Below are positions 12,369 through 24,725 of a stretch of DNA of 64,000 nucleotides, piece by piece. The stretch's first letter is position 1, and each line of letters opens with the position of its first letter. The position numbers and the translations under genes were made by a program. Under the pieces are notes generated by a model. The model ran no database searches, had not been told where the DNA came from, and saw nothing but the letters and a program-made list of their open reading frames with translations. The stretch is taken from assembly GCF_006345805.1 (NCBI RefSeq), contig NC_043020.1, positions 8,122,001 to 8,186,000 on the forward strand, in the 5' to 3' direction. This stretch comes from Octopus sinensis (taxonomy: Eukaryota).

Positions 12369-13479
12369 AAAAAAAAAAAATGAGTGTGTACAGTGGAATG
12401 TAGTTAAGTATGAGTATGGAATACACTATACACTAATAGACTATGCCTGAAAATAGGTGAGATTGTCATGGGTAGATTGCCAAACAGTAACCAAACAATG
12501 GAATACTAATTCCAGTGTTGAATTCTATCATCCCATGATACTTAGTGCTAGAAAGTCACATCCATTACTGTTATTTAGCCCCAAGCCAGCTCTGGTTGCT
12601 CAGACATTTGATCTAAAGTATTCCAACAACAACTCCTCCACTCTGCATCTGTCCTTATTCAAACTCCCTTTCATGGTTTGCTTGTGATGACACACATGGA
12701 ATGCACAACCACCTTTCTTTGGTGCTTTTTGTCTTCTTTCTTTCTCACAAATTCTTACCGCTTGATGACCTTTATACCCCACATCTTGGAGACCCCTGTA
12801 AAAAGGCCAGAGAGCCTTTAAAGGAAAAAAAATATATATATATAATTGTATTTGATGGCATAAAAGATGCATGGTGCATATTAGATGCATCCTAATTTCA
12901 GCAGTGCATATTCTGGAAAAAAAACATGTTTTTAGTGCATTAAAACTTGTAATATTTGAAACCAGTCAGTCCATTGTTATGATAATGCCTTTTACAGCAA
13001 AAGTAATGGACTCTCCCATCGAAGACAGCGTATGAGCGTTCAGTTTTTGCTGAATGACCTGCACCAATGATTTGTGTATAGTGATCAAATGTTCATGCCA
13101 CACATTCGCTCAATCTGTTTCCATCAAATCAATGTTGTCTGTACAGGTGCAACAGGTGTGCCACATGTCAGGTGTTGAAGTGATTGCAGAGCAGTGTGAG
13201 ATGAAGTGCTTTGCTCAAGAACACAATGCACCACCCGGTCTAGGGATTGAACTCAGGATCTAGCGATTGTGAGTGCAACACCCTAACCACTAAGCCATAA
13301 TAATAATCCTTTCTACTATTACATCGACCCCAGTATTCAACTGGTACTTATTTTATTGACCTCCAAAAGGATGAAAAGTAAAGTGAACATCAACAGAGGA
13401 GTGAGGATAGACAATCTGAATTAAAATTAGTTTATGGTAGTAAGCATCAGGGACAAAATTTGCTTATAGAAGACCCAGC

Positions 13480-13977
13480 TTCACATGTAGGATCAGGGGT
13501 ATTTAAAGGTCAAAATCCCTAGTGCGTACTATACACGAGGTTAAAAATGAAAAATATTTTCTAAGCAATGTCCAAGTCTCTATTTGCTGTCCAGCAATGT
13601 TTATTCAGACACATTTTGTGATGTCGGGTGCGAAAATACCTTCAGCTAAGCCTGAAAGCAATGAAGTCCTAAAAGAATAATCCATAACTTGCAGTAAGCA
13701 ACATTTATTAAACATTATTACTGTTATTTCTTTATTTTCTGCAAACAAAATGCACAAAAAAGCTACACATTTGCCTTATGTTATATATACAATAATAATA
13801 AAGAACGTTACCGTATACATTTTTACAAACCAAGGACGTTATATAGAGCTCCTTGACTCAAGTTAGAGAAGGGGTGCGTATTATACACAAGGTTTAGGTT
13901 TTTCAGAGCTACAACCCCCCCTAAAAATCCCCTGCATATTATACTCAAGGGCGGACTATACTTGAGGATTTACGGTA
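13480..13977. mobile_element. Possible pogo/Tigger-type non-autonomous fragment
   Basis: Ends in GCGGACTATACTTGAGGATTTACGG-TA, which resembles a CCGTAAATCCTCGAGTATAG-type TIR. No matching left end was confirmed. Confidence 0.35.
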
Positions 13978-14482
13978 CTTGTACTTCCTTCATGATTGCT
14001 GCATGTGGAAGCATGTTGTTATGATTGTTATTGTTGTTGTTTTCCAGCCCCTGTCTTTTTTTAACTGGTGTTTTGGAATACATTTTCTTATGTAGCCCTT
14101 CTTTGTTTAAAGTGGCATAGGTACAGTTTTGGGGGAGATTTGGCTCCCATCTCTTGCAAGTTGTGTAACAAGCTAAAGACTTCCTTCATGATTTCCATAT
14201 ACCCTATTGAATCACCCATCTACATCCCTACTGTCAACCCTAAATTCAATTAAGGGCTGTATACTTATACTATACACTTAAGCTTTGCTACATACTGCAC
14301 TATACAGTCATACACAAATTACTGTGTGTACTCTACTATACACTCCATTATACATCCATACTAGTGTTTAGACTTCCCTGTATAACTTAGTGATATATTC
14401 TAATATACACCCACCCTCAATTGTATATACAACACTCTATATCCATACCTGAATATATACTCAGTGAGTTAGGAAAGCACAC

Positions 14483-14521
<39 letters not shown>

Positions 14522-14809
14522 CACACACACACACTTCACGGCAGGAGGTGCAGATGAGGGCAGCTGCATCGAACTCTCTCATGCACCAAATGGCAATTGC
14601 TAAAAAGCATTCGTGAAGTAAAATCATGTAGCAACACCAAATGGCGGTGCCCCAGCATGGCCACAGCTCGTGAGCTGAAACTCATATGTATATGCATATG
14701 TATATACATATGGAAAGATACAGAAATAATTTTTTTTTATTCTCAAACGCGTGATAATGCTAATAAAATAGCGTGATCAGGATAAATTATCCATACATTG
14801 CAGAAAAAT

Positions 14810-14876
14810 ATGTTACCGGCCAGCCACGAGACTTGAACTCACATCCCTGTGATTACACGTCAAGTGCTTTACCCCT
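14810..14876 (-). pseudogene. tRNA-like fragment (SINE/PLE head) in a TA-embedded repeat
   Basis: Minus strand GGTAAAGCACTTGACGTGTAATC...GAGTTCAAGTCTC with a B box. The 5' acceptor stem is missing. Confidence 0.45.
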
Positions 14877-15976
14877 TTTTGTATATATATATATATCTGT
14901 ATGCATTATTTTTATACTATTACACCTACTTATATCAGTACACACTTTTTCCTGGTATATTTCTATTTAATTGTGTCTGTGTATTATCATTAGCTTATTA
15001 CCAGGCTTCTGATTCATTACTTTCAATCAATAGATAGTATGTATATCTTTCAAGATAATACTCCACATGTAAGTGGTTTGAGTGGTTTTCATAGAGACCT
15101 CCTGATAATTTATTAATTAAGTAAAGATGAGGTATTAAAGTGGTTCTACATAATAGTAATCTTTTAATGTTTAAAATGATCCATATACACCTTTTATGGA
15201 GGCACATGGCCTAGGGGTTAGAGCAGTGGATTCGCAGTTGAGGGATCGTGGGTTCGAATCTCAGACCGGGTGATGTGTGTGTTTATGAGCGAAACACCTA
15301 AGCTCCACATGGCTCCGGCAGAAGGTAATGGCGAACTTCTGCTGACTCTTTCGCCACAAATTTCTTTCACTCTTTCCTCCTGCATCTTGCAGCTCACCTG
15401 TGATAGACCATTTTCTTATTTGTATTATATATATATATTATATATATATATTGCACTATACACACATATTTCATTTACACGGAGTGAGTTGACAATAGTA
15501 TGTATATTGCACTATACACCTATACCTAACTACATACTCAATGAGCTGACAAATTATACGCCTGTAACTGAATATACACTCAGTGCATTGACAGTGTGTA
15601 TACAGTAATATACATCAATATCTAAGTATATACTCAGCTGACAAAGTGTGTATACTGCACTATATACCCATACTCATACCTAACTATACATTCTATGAGC
15701 TGATGAAGTGCTACAGTATGGTCACTCAACCTACTAAAAAAAAGCAGCCAAATCATCTTAATGTCTTAAAAATGGAAGGACACTTTGAACAATGTAGTCA
15801 TGAATATTCAGAGGAGGTGGCCACCACGGATATACTTGATGGTGTTAAACAACACCAGTGCTCCACTCTATCTGCACACACAATTTTTTGTGATAAATTT
15901 TCACTTGAGTACACTCCACTGTACACTCATACTCAAATGAGTATGATGATAGAAAGAACAAGTATATGTCTTTAAA

Positions 15977-16290
15977 TCTCTCTCTCTCTCTTCCTCTTCC
16001 CTCTCCCACATACTCACACTCTCCTTCTTTCTCTCTCTTCCTCTTCCCTCCCCCACATACTCACACTCTCCTCTCTCTTCCTCTTCCCTCTCCCACATAC
16101 TCAGTCTCCTTCTTTCTCTCTCTTCATCTTCCCTCCCCCACATACTCACACTCTCCTTTCTCTCTCTCTCTTCCTCTTCCCTCTCCCACATACTCACACT
16201 CTCCTTCTTCTCTCTCTTCCTCTTCCCTCCCCCACATACTCACACTCTCCTTCTTTCTCTCTCTCTCTCTCTCTCTCTCTTTTTCCCCCC
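15977..16290. repeat. CT-rich minisatellite, six units of 40-48 bp, upstream of exon 16374
   Basis: CCCACATACTCA recurs at 16005, 16052, 16092, 16137, 16185 and 16231. Confidence 0.85.
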
Positions 16291-16373
16291 TTCTGTTTCC
16301 TTTCTTACAACAACAACATGAACAACATTGCTTCATCACATCCAAACCTCCTTTTCAAATTCTTGTGCTGCAG

Positions 16374-16559
16374 GATGTATCTCTGTCGGAGAAATCTGTC
16401 TCGAAAGTCCCTGGCCATGCTGAGCGCCTCTCGCCCAAAGAAGTTGTTGAGATTAATGACCCCGCAAGACGAATCAGTGAAGAAGAAGCACGGAAACTAG
16501 ATGAGGAATGCGTCAGCAGATTCCTAAAGTTTGATGCCAAACATATTACTGATGGCCAG
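16374..16559 (+). CDS. OXR1: OXR1/NCOA7-family exon (DVSLSEK...LDEECVSRFLKFDAKHITDGQ), phase 0-0
   Basis: tgctgcag acceptor and gtaagg donor. 186 nt. RFLK...HITDGQ matches the conserved start of the family's GRAM-like region. Confidence 0.92.
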
Positions 16560-16644
16560 GTAAGGGTGATTACCATTTTCTTGTTTGTGTGTGTATTTCG
16601 GATAATGAGTATACTGAGTGTGTGTGTGTGTGTGTGTGTGGGCA

Positions 16645-16675
<31 letters not shown>

Positions 16676-17416
16676 CGGGAAGCTTTATGAAAATAAACAA
16701 AAGACGAAGGCAGGTGGAAAACAAACGAACAATTGTATTAGTATGGCGCTCAGGAAATATAAATAAAACAAGTCTTAACGTTTCGAGCCTACGCTCTTCA
16801 ACAGAAAGATACACAGAGAGAGAAAAACACAGAAATAAGGAGAGAAAAAAAATGCGTGCAGTAGTTAACGATCAACATGGCGATCTGATTTCGGCCAGAG
16901 TCAAAGATCAAACATGAGACGCGAGAGCGAAATAAGGGGAGATAATAGGGTTATAAATGGGTTGAGGGACCAGCTAAAAGTGCGTGGGAGGTGTCTGGAT
17001 GTGTGTATGTATAGGGTTGGTATATATATATATATACGCACACATATACACGCATATACATGCACACATATATATATACACATATATACACAAACACACA
17101 TACATACATATATACACACACACATACACACACGCATATATTCACACACATATATATACACATACATATATACACACACACATACACACACGCATATATT
17201 CACACACATATATATACACATACATATATACACACACACATACACACACGCATATATTCACACACATATACATATACACAAACACACACACAAACATATA
17301 TATACACACACATACACACACATGCACATACACATATATATGTACACAAACACACATACACGCACACCTATATACACACACACATGCACAAACATGCATA
17401 TAGAAATATGCAATGC

Positions 17417-17460
<44 letters not shown>

Positions 17461-17719
17461 ATGTATATTTGTATATGTTTTTTTTTTATTAATTGGCAGA
17501 AGTTACAGAGTGACTCAAGGGCCATGAGTTTCATGTGTTGACACAAATCAAATGTATGAAACCATCAATCTTTTACTAACTCTGTAGCTTCTGATTAGTA
17601 ATAAAAAAAAACATACACACATATATATGTAAACCCCCACACTTTATGTCTGTCTTTGTATTGTTCCCCTCATCCTTCACCCTGGTGGCAAATAAATGAA
17701 ATCATCATCATCATCATCA

Positions 17720-17751
<32 letters not shown>

Positions 17752-17779
17752 TTATTATTGTGACTATTTTGCTCCTCAG

Positions 17780-17958
17780 GGTGTTGTAAACGGTACCCTT
17801 ATAGTGACACCAAATGCCATCATGTTTGACCCCAGTGTCCATGATCCTCTAGTCATTGAACATGGAAACGACAAATATGGCATGGTTGCAGCCATGGAGA
17901 CCATCATCAGTGCTGCCATCTACAGAGACCTAAAGACCATGAAAATAAAGGGCCAAGT
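17780..17958 (+). CDS. OXR1: OXR1/NCOA7-family exon (GVVNGTLIVTPNAIMFDPSVHDPLVIEHG...), phase 0-2
   Basis: ctcctcag acceptor and gtaagt donor at 17959. GxLxVTPNxxMFDP..DPLV.E.G is the hallmark OXR1/NCOA7 segment. Confidence 0.95.
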
Positions 17959-18235
17959 GTAAGTACCTCATACATCAACCCTCTGCCTACAACACACTGT
18001 TATGTAAGTACCCCACTAACAAACCTCCTGCCTACAATACGCTATTATACAAATACCACATAAACCAACATTAATTCTACAACACATCGTTATGTGAGTA
18101 CCTACTGTCTACAAGACAGTTGTATAAGTACCATATACACCAACATTCAGTCTACAACACTGTTATGTAAGTACCCCATGTACCATCCTCCTGTTTACAA
18201 CACATTATACTTCATTATAGACCGGTTTCGACCAT
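17959..18235. repeat. Degenerate 30-45-bp tandem repeat starting at the exon 5' splice site
   Basis: CTACAACAC..TTATGT(A/G)AGTACC units. Confidence 0.7.
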
Positions 18236-18382
18236 ACACATCGCATGCCATTCATTACCAGTACAGTTTTCCCCTAACTAATTTGTGAGAAATGTCACTC
18301 ATGCAAACTTGTATTATACATCCAGCTTAGATGTTTACTTCATTTTTTTCTTTTTAATATTTACAAATTCTCTGTATTCAAG

Positions 18383-18466
18383 GCCCTCATCTCACTATCC
18401 TGCAACATCATGTCCTGGACAGTCTGCCCTTCAGTCTGAGGGAAAAGCCCTTTATTGCCAGCAGAG
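18383..18466 (+). CDS. OXR1: Probable optional symmetric exon (PSSHYPATSCPGQSALQSEGKALYCQQ), phase 2-2
   Basis: tctgtattcaag acceptor after a T-rich tract and AG|gtaata donor. 84 nt, stop-free in the frame set by both neighbours. No recognisable homology. Confidence 0.55.
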
Positions 18467-18738
18467 GTAATATTTCCCTGAATTTTTGCCAACCAGCTCC
18501 TACTCTGGCTACTATGCTTTTTAAACAATCACTCCTTACTGCTTATTGGGTACGCTAGGTAACAGAAGTTATCGACTACCTCTAGAGAGCCACCTGGACA
18601 TTGAAGAGTCTATTTTGCTTGTGTTCTTAATACCTATTGTCCCAGTGTACCTATTGCATGCAAAGTCTACCTCCACTTTGATCCTTTTTTACATCTCAGG
18701 TTTGTCTGTATTTCACACTGGGCATATATATGAAATTC

Positions 18739-18960
18739 TTACCTACTCCTTTTCATTACATTGAGCATGGCCATTTCCTTCAAGGTATCACGGTCCTGTC
18801 TTTTTTTCCTATTGTCTAATACTTTAGTCTTTGCTAAATTCACTTTGAAGCCTCTCAATTCTTGATTTTGCTTCCATGTGTGAAATTTCTTTTTCAATTC
18901 TACTATCAAATCACCTACGAGAGTTCGCACAGACAATAAGTTTTCAACTCTTTTGTTATG
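18739..18960 (-). mobile_element. RTE-type LINE reverse-transcriptase fragment
   Basis: ELKKKFHTWKQ...GFKVNLAKTKVL resembles the GLxxNxxKTKxM region of RTE RT. Confidence 0.6.
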
Positions 18961-19397
18961 GCTTTGATGTCTATTAATGATCAGTAGCAGTTTGAGCTCT
19001 GAGACCGAATGCATTCTTATATTCTATTCTCAATTCATCACTGTACTCTCTACTCTCACCTCATTCACTGTATTTACGTACATGGCTTGTACAGCTGTCA
19101 CAAGCCACTTGTTTCCTTCAAGCTTCCTCGGTAACCACCAGACTTCAGAGCCTGGAACCCTGTCAGATGCATTTTGGGGGCACATAAACATCAAGTAGAG
19201 GGGAATTATGCCTGGCTAAATGTTTCTCCAGCCGTCTCATTAGAAATATGACATCAGTGGTTACTTTCTGGTACAAAATCAAACTTAATCAAGTGGAGTA
19301 CAGCTCTTTCTCTAACTTTCATAGCCTGATTTTAAAAGTTTGATACCTTCTGTAATTTTCTCTTTCTCATTTTTTATTTGCCTTTGTAGCAATTTTT

Positions 19398-19633
19398 TTT
19401 TTCTTCTTTACTACCCACAAGGGGCTAAACACAGAGAGGACAAACAAGGACAGACAAAGGGATTAAGTCGATTACATCGACCCCCAGTGCGTAACTGGTA
19501 CTTAATTTGTCGACCCCGAAAGGATGAAAGGCAAAGTCAACCTCAGCAGAATTTGAACTCGGAACGTAGCCGCAGACGAAATACGGCTACGCATTTCGCT
19601 CGGCGTGCTAGCGATTCTGCCAGCTCACCACGC
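19398..19633 (-). mobile_element. SINE family B with 14-bp TSD
   Basis: CCTTTGTAGCAATT at 19381-19394 and 19637-19650. Confidence 0.9.
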
Positions 19634-20002
19634 TCCCCTTTGTAGCAATTGCTGTTGTTGTTGTTCATGATGGTGGTAGTGATGGTATGCTAGTCGTTGG
19701 ACATGGCAATATGACACCCTCCTGTTCAATCTGATTGACAGTGATAACGGGTTTCAGTAAATCATCTTGAAAATTATCACCATTACTGTTACAGGATCCT
19801 TTGGTCAAGGTTACACTCAGTGTGACGTTTCTGTAACCCACTTGAGGTTCTGCACGTAATTTTGTAGACACTTTTTTTCTTATCAGCAGAGGGTTTTTGT
19901 TATAAAACAGCCACACGAGCTGAATATATTGGGTGATCCCATAAATAGTGCAGTTTTTCTATACTTCTTTTATTTTTACAAAATTAAGATAGACAAAGTT
20001 CT

Positions 20003-20429
20003 ATATTTAAGAGATGAGGAATTGTGTGCATTATTTACATTATTACATTAATTAGGGTAGACGAACATCGCAAAGCTGTGACACGAGGCGATATTGATAA
20101 ATCGGGTATAGCTGATCTTGTATGGAAAAATGGAGACCACCTCCCCCTGTAGGATGAAGTTAAAATAATAGACAGAGAATACCACTGGAAAATACGGAAA
20201 CTAAAAGAAGCAGCACATATGCTAGGACACAACAACCTCCTAAGCAGACCGAGTGCAGATATGAACAGATATGGGAACCGGTAATAAGGAAGGATAGGAA
20301 AATATTAGATTTATAAACCTTAAAATTCACTCCATAATTGCCCACGGGCATATGGCGTAGTGGTTAAGAGTGCAGGCTACTAACTCCATGATTACGAGTT
20401 CGATTCCAAGCATTGACCTGAACAATAAC

Positions 20430-20460
<31 letters not shown>

Positions 20461-20599
20461 TCGAAAAATACCTTAGGAATGAGAACCCAAGTTTGACATT
20501 TCCCCAAGACACCTGAAGAAGGCTGGAGGGTATACCAGCCGAATCGTTGTGTTAACAACAAACAAGATGAGGACAAATATCCGTCAAATGTAAATAATA
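20003..20599 (+). mobile_element. 5'-truncated Penelope-like element: GIY-YIG C-terminus, tRNA-like segment and hammerhead-like motif
   Basis: The frame from 20045 reads EHRKAVTRGDIDKSGIADLVW...DEVKIIDREYHWKIRKLKEAAHM with one in-frame TAG. 18-bp TSD TAAGATA(G/A)ACAAAGTTCT at 19985-20002 and 20600-20617. Confidence 0.8.
20509..20552 (+). ncRNA. Minimal type I hammerhead-ribozyme-like motif (one core substitution)
   Basis: ACAC-CTGAAGA-A-GGCTGG/AGGGTATA/CCAGCC-GAA(T)CGT-T-GTGT. A15.1 is T. Confidence 0.7.
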
Positions 20600-22032
20600 T
20601 AAGATAAACAAAGTTCTTTTATAATCTAAAATATACTCTCCTTCATTTTCTACAATGCTCTTCCATCTATCCTGGTAGACTTGCAAGGCCCCTCTTCCAA
20701 AATTCACTTGTCTATGACAAAAAATACTCCTCCAATACTGTTTTTACCTTGTCTACAGAATTCTTATTTTTTCCATCTAAATGATTTTGAAAACTGCGGA
20801 ATAAATGATAATCAGATGGGGCAATGTCTGGTGAATATGGTGGGTGGGGCATTGTTTCCCATACAAACTGCTCCAGCCTTTGGAATGTCATCATCACTGT
20901 ATGTGGCCAGTCATTATACTGATGGAAGAACACCTTTCATCTTGAGACCATAGATGGTTGTTTTTCTTCTAGTGCTGACTTAAGCTAGTCGCAGTAGATC
21001 TCCTTTGTTACCGTTTGGTTTGGGTTTTAAAGTTCAAAGTGGACTAAACCTTTCATATCCCACCAAACAGATAACAACACCTTTGGAGTGCCAGTATTTC
21101 TCCTTTCCCTACCCACTGTCTTCGGCGCTTGACATTTTTATAGAGAACCCATTTCTCATCACCAGTCATTATTTGCTCCCAAAAAGGTTCATTCATGCAA
21201 AGAAGAGCACACATTCAACCACTGTACACGATTAAACTTGGAAAGTTTGTGAGGAACCCATTAACCCAATTTGCTGACTTGATGAATCGTTGAATGACCA
21301 AATCTAAGCTTCTCTGCTAGTGCAACAGTTACAATGAGATTTTGTGCCGCCAAGGTTTTCAGGATGTCCTTATCTATCTCTACAGATCTTCCAGGATGAG
21401 GCTCATCTTCTAGGCTGTAGTTTCTGGCTAGGAATTTCTGGAACCACCATTGACACTGGCTTATGCTTATTGTCCGATTCCCGTATACTGCACTGATATT
21501 CCTCGCACTTTCCATAGCGTTGATGCCTTTAGTGAACTTATAAAACAAAATATGCCAAATATGCTCCTTTGTCACTTCCATTATAGCTTTGAAAAAATAA
21601 CTGTTAAAATTGAACTGCACTCTTCAAAACTTGCACTAAGAACAAATACAAGGTAAAATTACTGCCTGCTTTTATAGCAAGTTGATGCAGGTAGTTTATC
21701 CCATCCCCCTCTGACTTTTAGTTCATGCAATTAAAAAAACTGCGTTATTTATGGGATGACCCAATATGTAACCACATTATTGATAATTCAAGTTTCTATT
21801 GTAAATAACTTGTCTGCATGATTCTGAAGGGTTTAAAATCAATTTGTGTCAAATGACACCTCCTAAATCAATTGTTGCATATATTAATGCATGATGTAGT
21901 GGTACTCATGAGGGTAATTTTTGATGAAGCAGTTGTTAATTGATGTAATAAAAGGTCTTGCTTGCTCCATTCTCCTTGGGTATAATTGTAGAAACTCTGC
22001 AGATATTTGTGGATTTCCAGGCATGTGTTTAA

Positions 22033-22251
22033 CCCTTTCGTTACTGTATTTATTTTGAGATGCTCAGTGTTTCTTTCAGTTACTTTAAATAAAACTAAGA
22101 ATTTAGTAAATAACTTAGTTATCATTAAGCTAGTGTTAGGAACATAAATTCTGACTAAGTTTTGGTGGAAGATTTTAATTCAAAACTTATGAAAACAAGA
22201 CATTTGTACTCAGAGCCAGAGCCGGTTTCAGCTGGGTTCGTAACAAAAGGG
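22033..22251. mobile_element. piggyBac-type MITE
   Basis: TTAA|CCCTTTCGTTAC ... GTAACAAAAGGG|TTAA. A second, interrupted copy lies at about 22480-23050. Confidence 0.75.
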
Positions 22252-22503
22252 TTAATATGTAATACAATATTCTTTTATCCTCTATGCACAAGGCCCAAAA
22301 TTTTTGGGGTAGTGGGGGCCAGTCAATTAGATCGATCCCAGTATGCAACTGGTACTTAATTTATCAACCTCGAAAGGAGGAAAAGGCAAAGCTGACCTCG
22401 GTGTAATTTGAACTCAGAACGTAAAAACAGATGAAATACTGCTAAGCATTTTGCCCGGCATGCTAACGTTTCTGTTGAGTTGCTCTGTGTTTCTTTCAGT
22501 TAC

Positions 22504-22666
22504 ACTCTTTTACTTGTTTCAGTCATTTGACTGTGGCCATGCTGGAGCACTGCATTTAGTCGATCAAATATCAACCCCAGGACTTATTCTTTGTAAGCCT
22601 AGTACTTATTCTATCGGTCTCTTTTGCCGAACCACTAAGTTATGGGGATGTAAACACACCAGCATC

Positions 22667-22714
<48 letters not shown>

Positions 22715-22890
22715 ATACATACATATATACGATGGGCTTCTTTCAGTTTCTGTCTACCAAATCCACTCACAAGGCTTTGGTCAGCCCGAGGCTATAGTAG
22801 AAGACACTTGCCCAAAGTGCCACACAGTGGGACTGAACCCGGAACCATGTGGTTGGGAAGCAAGCTACTTACCACACAGCCACCCCTACA
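22504..22890 (-). mobile_element. SINE family A inserted into a second copy of the 22033-22251 MITE
   Basis: MITE sequence stops at about 22503 and resumes at about 22891. Confidence 0.85.
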
Positions 22891-23383
22891 TAGCAAAGAA
22901 TTTAGGAAAATAACTTAGTTATCATTCAGCTGGTGTTAGGACCATAAATTGTGACTAAGGTTTGGTGGAAGATTTTAATTCAAAACTTATGAAAACAAGA
23001 CAATTGTACTACAGTGCCAGAACCGGTTTCAGCCAAATTGGTCATGAAAGAGCTAACGAAGCAGTCAGTCTCCAGGTGACCATCTGTCTGATAGCTTTAA
23101 GTCGTGGACGAACTTAATAGACTCCAGAGTTAACACTCAAATAAAATTATTATGTGTGTGTGTGTGCATAGGATCTGAAATGCAGTTAATAGCACCCTGG
23201 AGAGGCAGCAATTAACACCAAAATGCATACCAAGATGCAAAATTTTGCAGTGTGCATTGAGTTGCAGCAGAAACATGTAGGTGCAGAAATGAAAGACGTG
23301 ATTGGCTGCAGAATGAAACTGGGTATATAAGTCTCTGTTCTTCTTATTATTAATATATAATAATATATTATTAGTGGGAGTGG

Positions 23384-23752
23384 TAGGGACGCAGGAGTGG
23401 CTGTGTGGTAAGTAGCTTGTTTACCAACCACATGGTTCTGGGTTCAGTCCCACTGCATGGCACCTTGGGCAAGTGTCTTCTTCTATAGCCTCGGGCTGAC
23501 CAAGGCCTTGTGAGTGGATTTGGTAGACGGAAACTGAAAGAAGCCCGTCATATATATGTATATATATATGTGTTTGTCCCCCCAACATCGCTTCACAACC
23601 GATGCTGATGTGTTTACGTCCCCCGTAACTTAGCAGTTTGGCAAAAGAGACCGATAGAATAAGTACTAGGCTTACAAAGAATTAGGCCTGGGGTCGACTA
23701 AAGGCGGTGCTCCAGCATAGCCGCAGTCAAATGACTGAAACAAGTAAAAGAG

Positions 23753-23753
<1 letters not shown>
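23384..23753 (+). mobile_element. SINE family A
   Basis: Same family sequence. Confidence 0.88.
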
Positions 23754-23784
<31 letters not shown>

Positions 23785-23929
23785 ATATATATATTCAAAT
23801 TTAGGGAATGGGGGAGGTAAAAATGAAGGTTATATTGCCAACAAGGGGTGCATTTCCGATCAAATCTCCTGCAAGTTACCGTGGGATCTTTTGACAATGA
23901 TGTAACCTTCGTTTAACTAAGGTATGTTC

Positions 23930-24012
23930 GGCCTGATGAGTAGCTAGTGGAGTACCCATCATTGAGTAATTGATTCTTCCGAGGTTCGGCTAGCTAGGAA
24001 ACATATGTAGCC
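23930..24012 (+). ncRNA. Type I hammerhead-like motif with intact CTGATGA/GAAA core and extended helix II
   Basis: GGC-CTGATGA-GTAGCTAG...CTAGCTAG-GAA-ACATATGT-A-GCC. Palindromic helix III and GUA site. Confidence 0.65.
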
Positions 24013-24725
24013 TGGATTTGATCTGCTCCGTTCCCTAAATTTGGATTTTTGTTCTCATACATGGCAACCCCAGTTGCTAATTGTGAACTATAAATTACTG
24101 TCTTCAGCTTATCAAACTTCAATATAGGAAAAGTTTACAACTTTCTTTGCCAATAAACCACGATTGTTCCTGAAAATTGTTTTCTATGCCTTCTACAGAC
24201 TGCTCAAAGCAAGCTTACTAGCTTCATACAGTTTGTACTACACCTAGATCCTTAGATTTTACTTTTACATATAATTATGTATATATATACTTTTGTGTCT
24301 GGAGAGAGTTGTTCTCTTTTAGTGCCTTACTATCTAACACATTCACTGGTTTAGTTTCCACTCTTTACTTATTTTTTCTAAAATTTCCGTTGTTTTGCAA
24401 CTTTTCAATAGTCGTTGACCACACACACACGTGTGCACATGTACATCTATGTGTATATATTTTCTTTTGGTTTCAGCTTCAGGTTGTGGCCATGCTGGGG
24501 CACTACCATTAAACTAAAGATTTTGCTTACAGCTTCTAAGTGGTCACCTATCTAAGTACTGACTGTATTCAATATTGCCTACTTCAGTGATTGGATGAAA
24601 ACCAATGTTTTCAAACACACATACACACACACACACATGTATTTATAAACATACGTGTACATAATTGTGAAGCACTTTAAGATGTTTTTGTTGTTACATT
24701 GTTTGTATTTGTTGGTGTGTTGCAG

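Larger units (their letters stand above)
19929..21764 (-). mobile_element. Decayed full-length mariner transposon, interrupted by a Penelope-like insertion
   Basis: TIRs of about 30 bp (TTGGGT(G/C)ATCCCATAAATA...), TA on both sides. Minus-strand fragments show the HTH region (QWWFQKF...LEDEPHPGR) and PHPPYSPDIAPSDYHLFRS (mariner YSPDLAP motif). Confidence 0.92.

Noticed and set aside
15699-15735. CTGATGA followed by an AGTG/CACT stem
   Set aside because: The stem is followed by CAAC rather than GAAA, and there is no helix I or III, so it is not a hammerhead.
23172-23332. Exon-like segment (catag...G|gtatat)
   Set aside because: It has stops in all three frames and its phase does not fit the next exon. 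It could only be non-coding, and nothing supports that.
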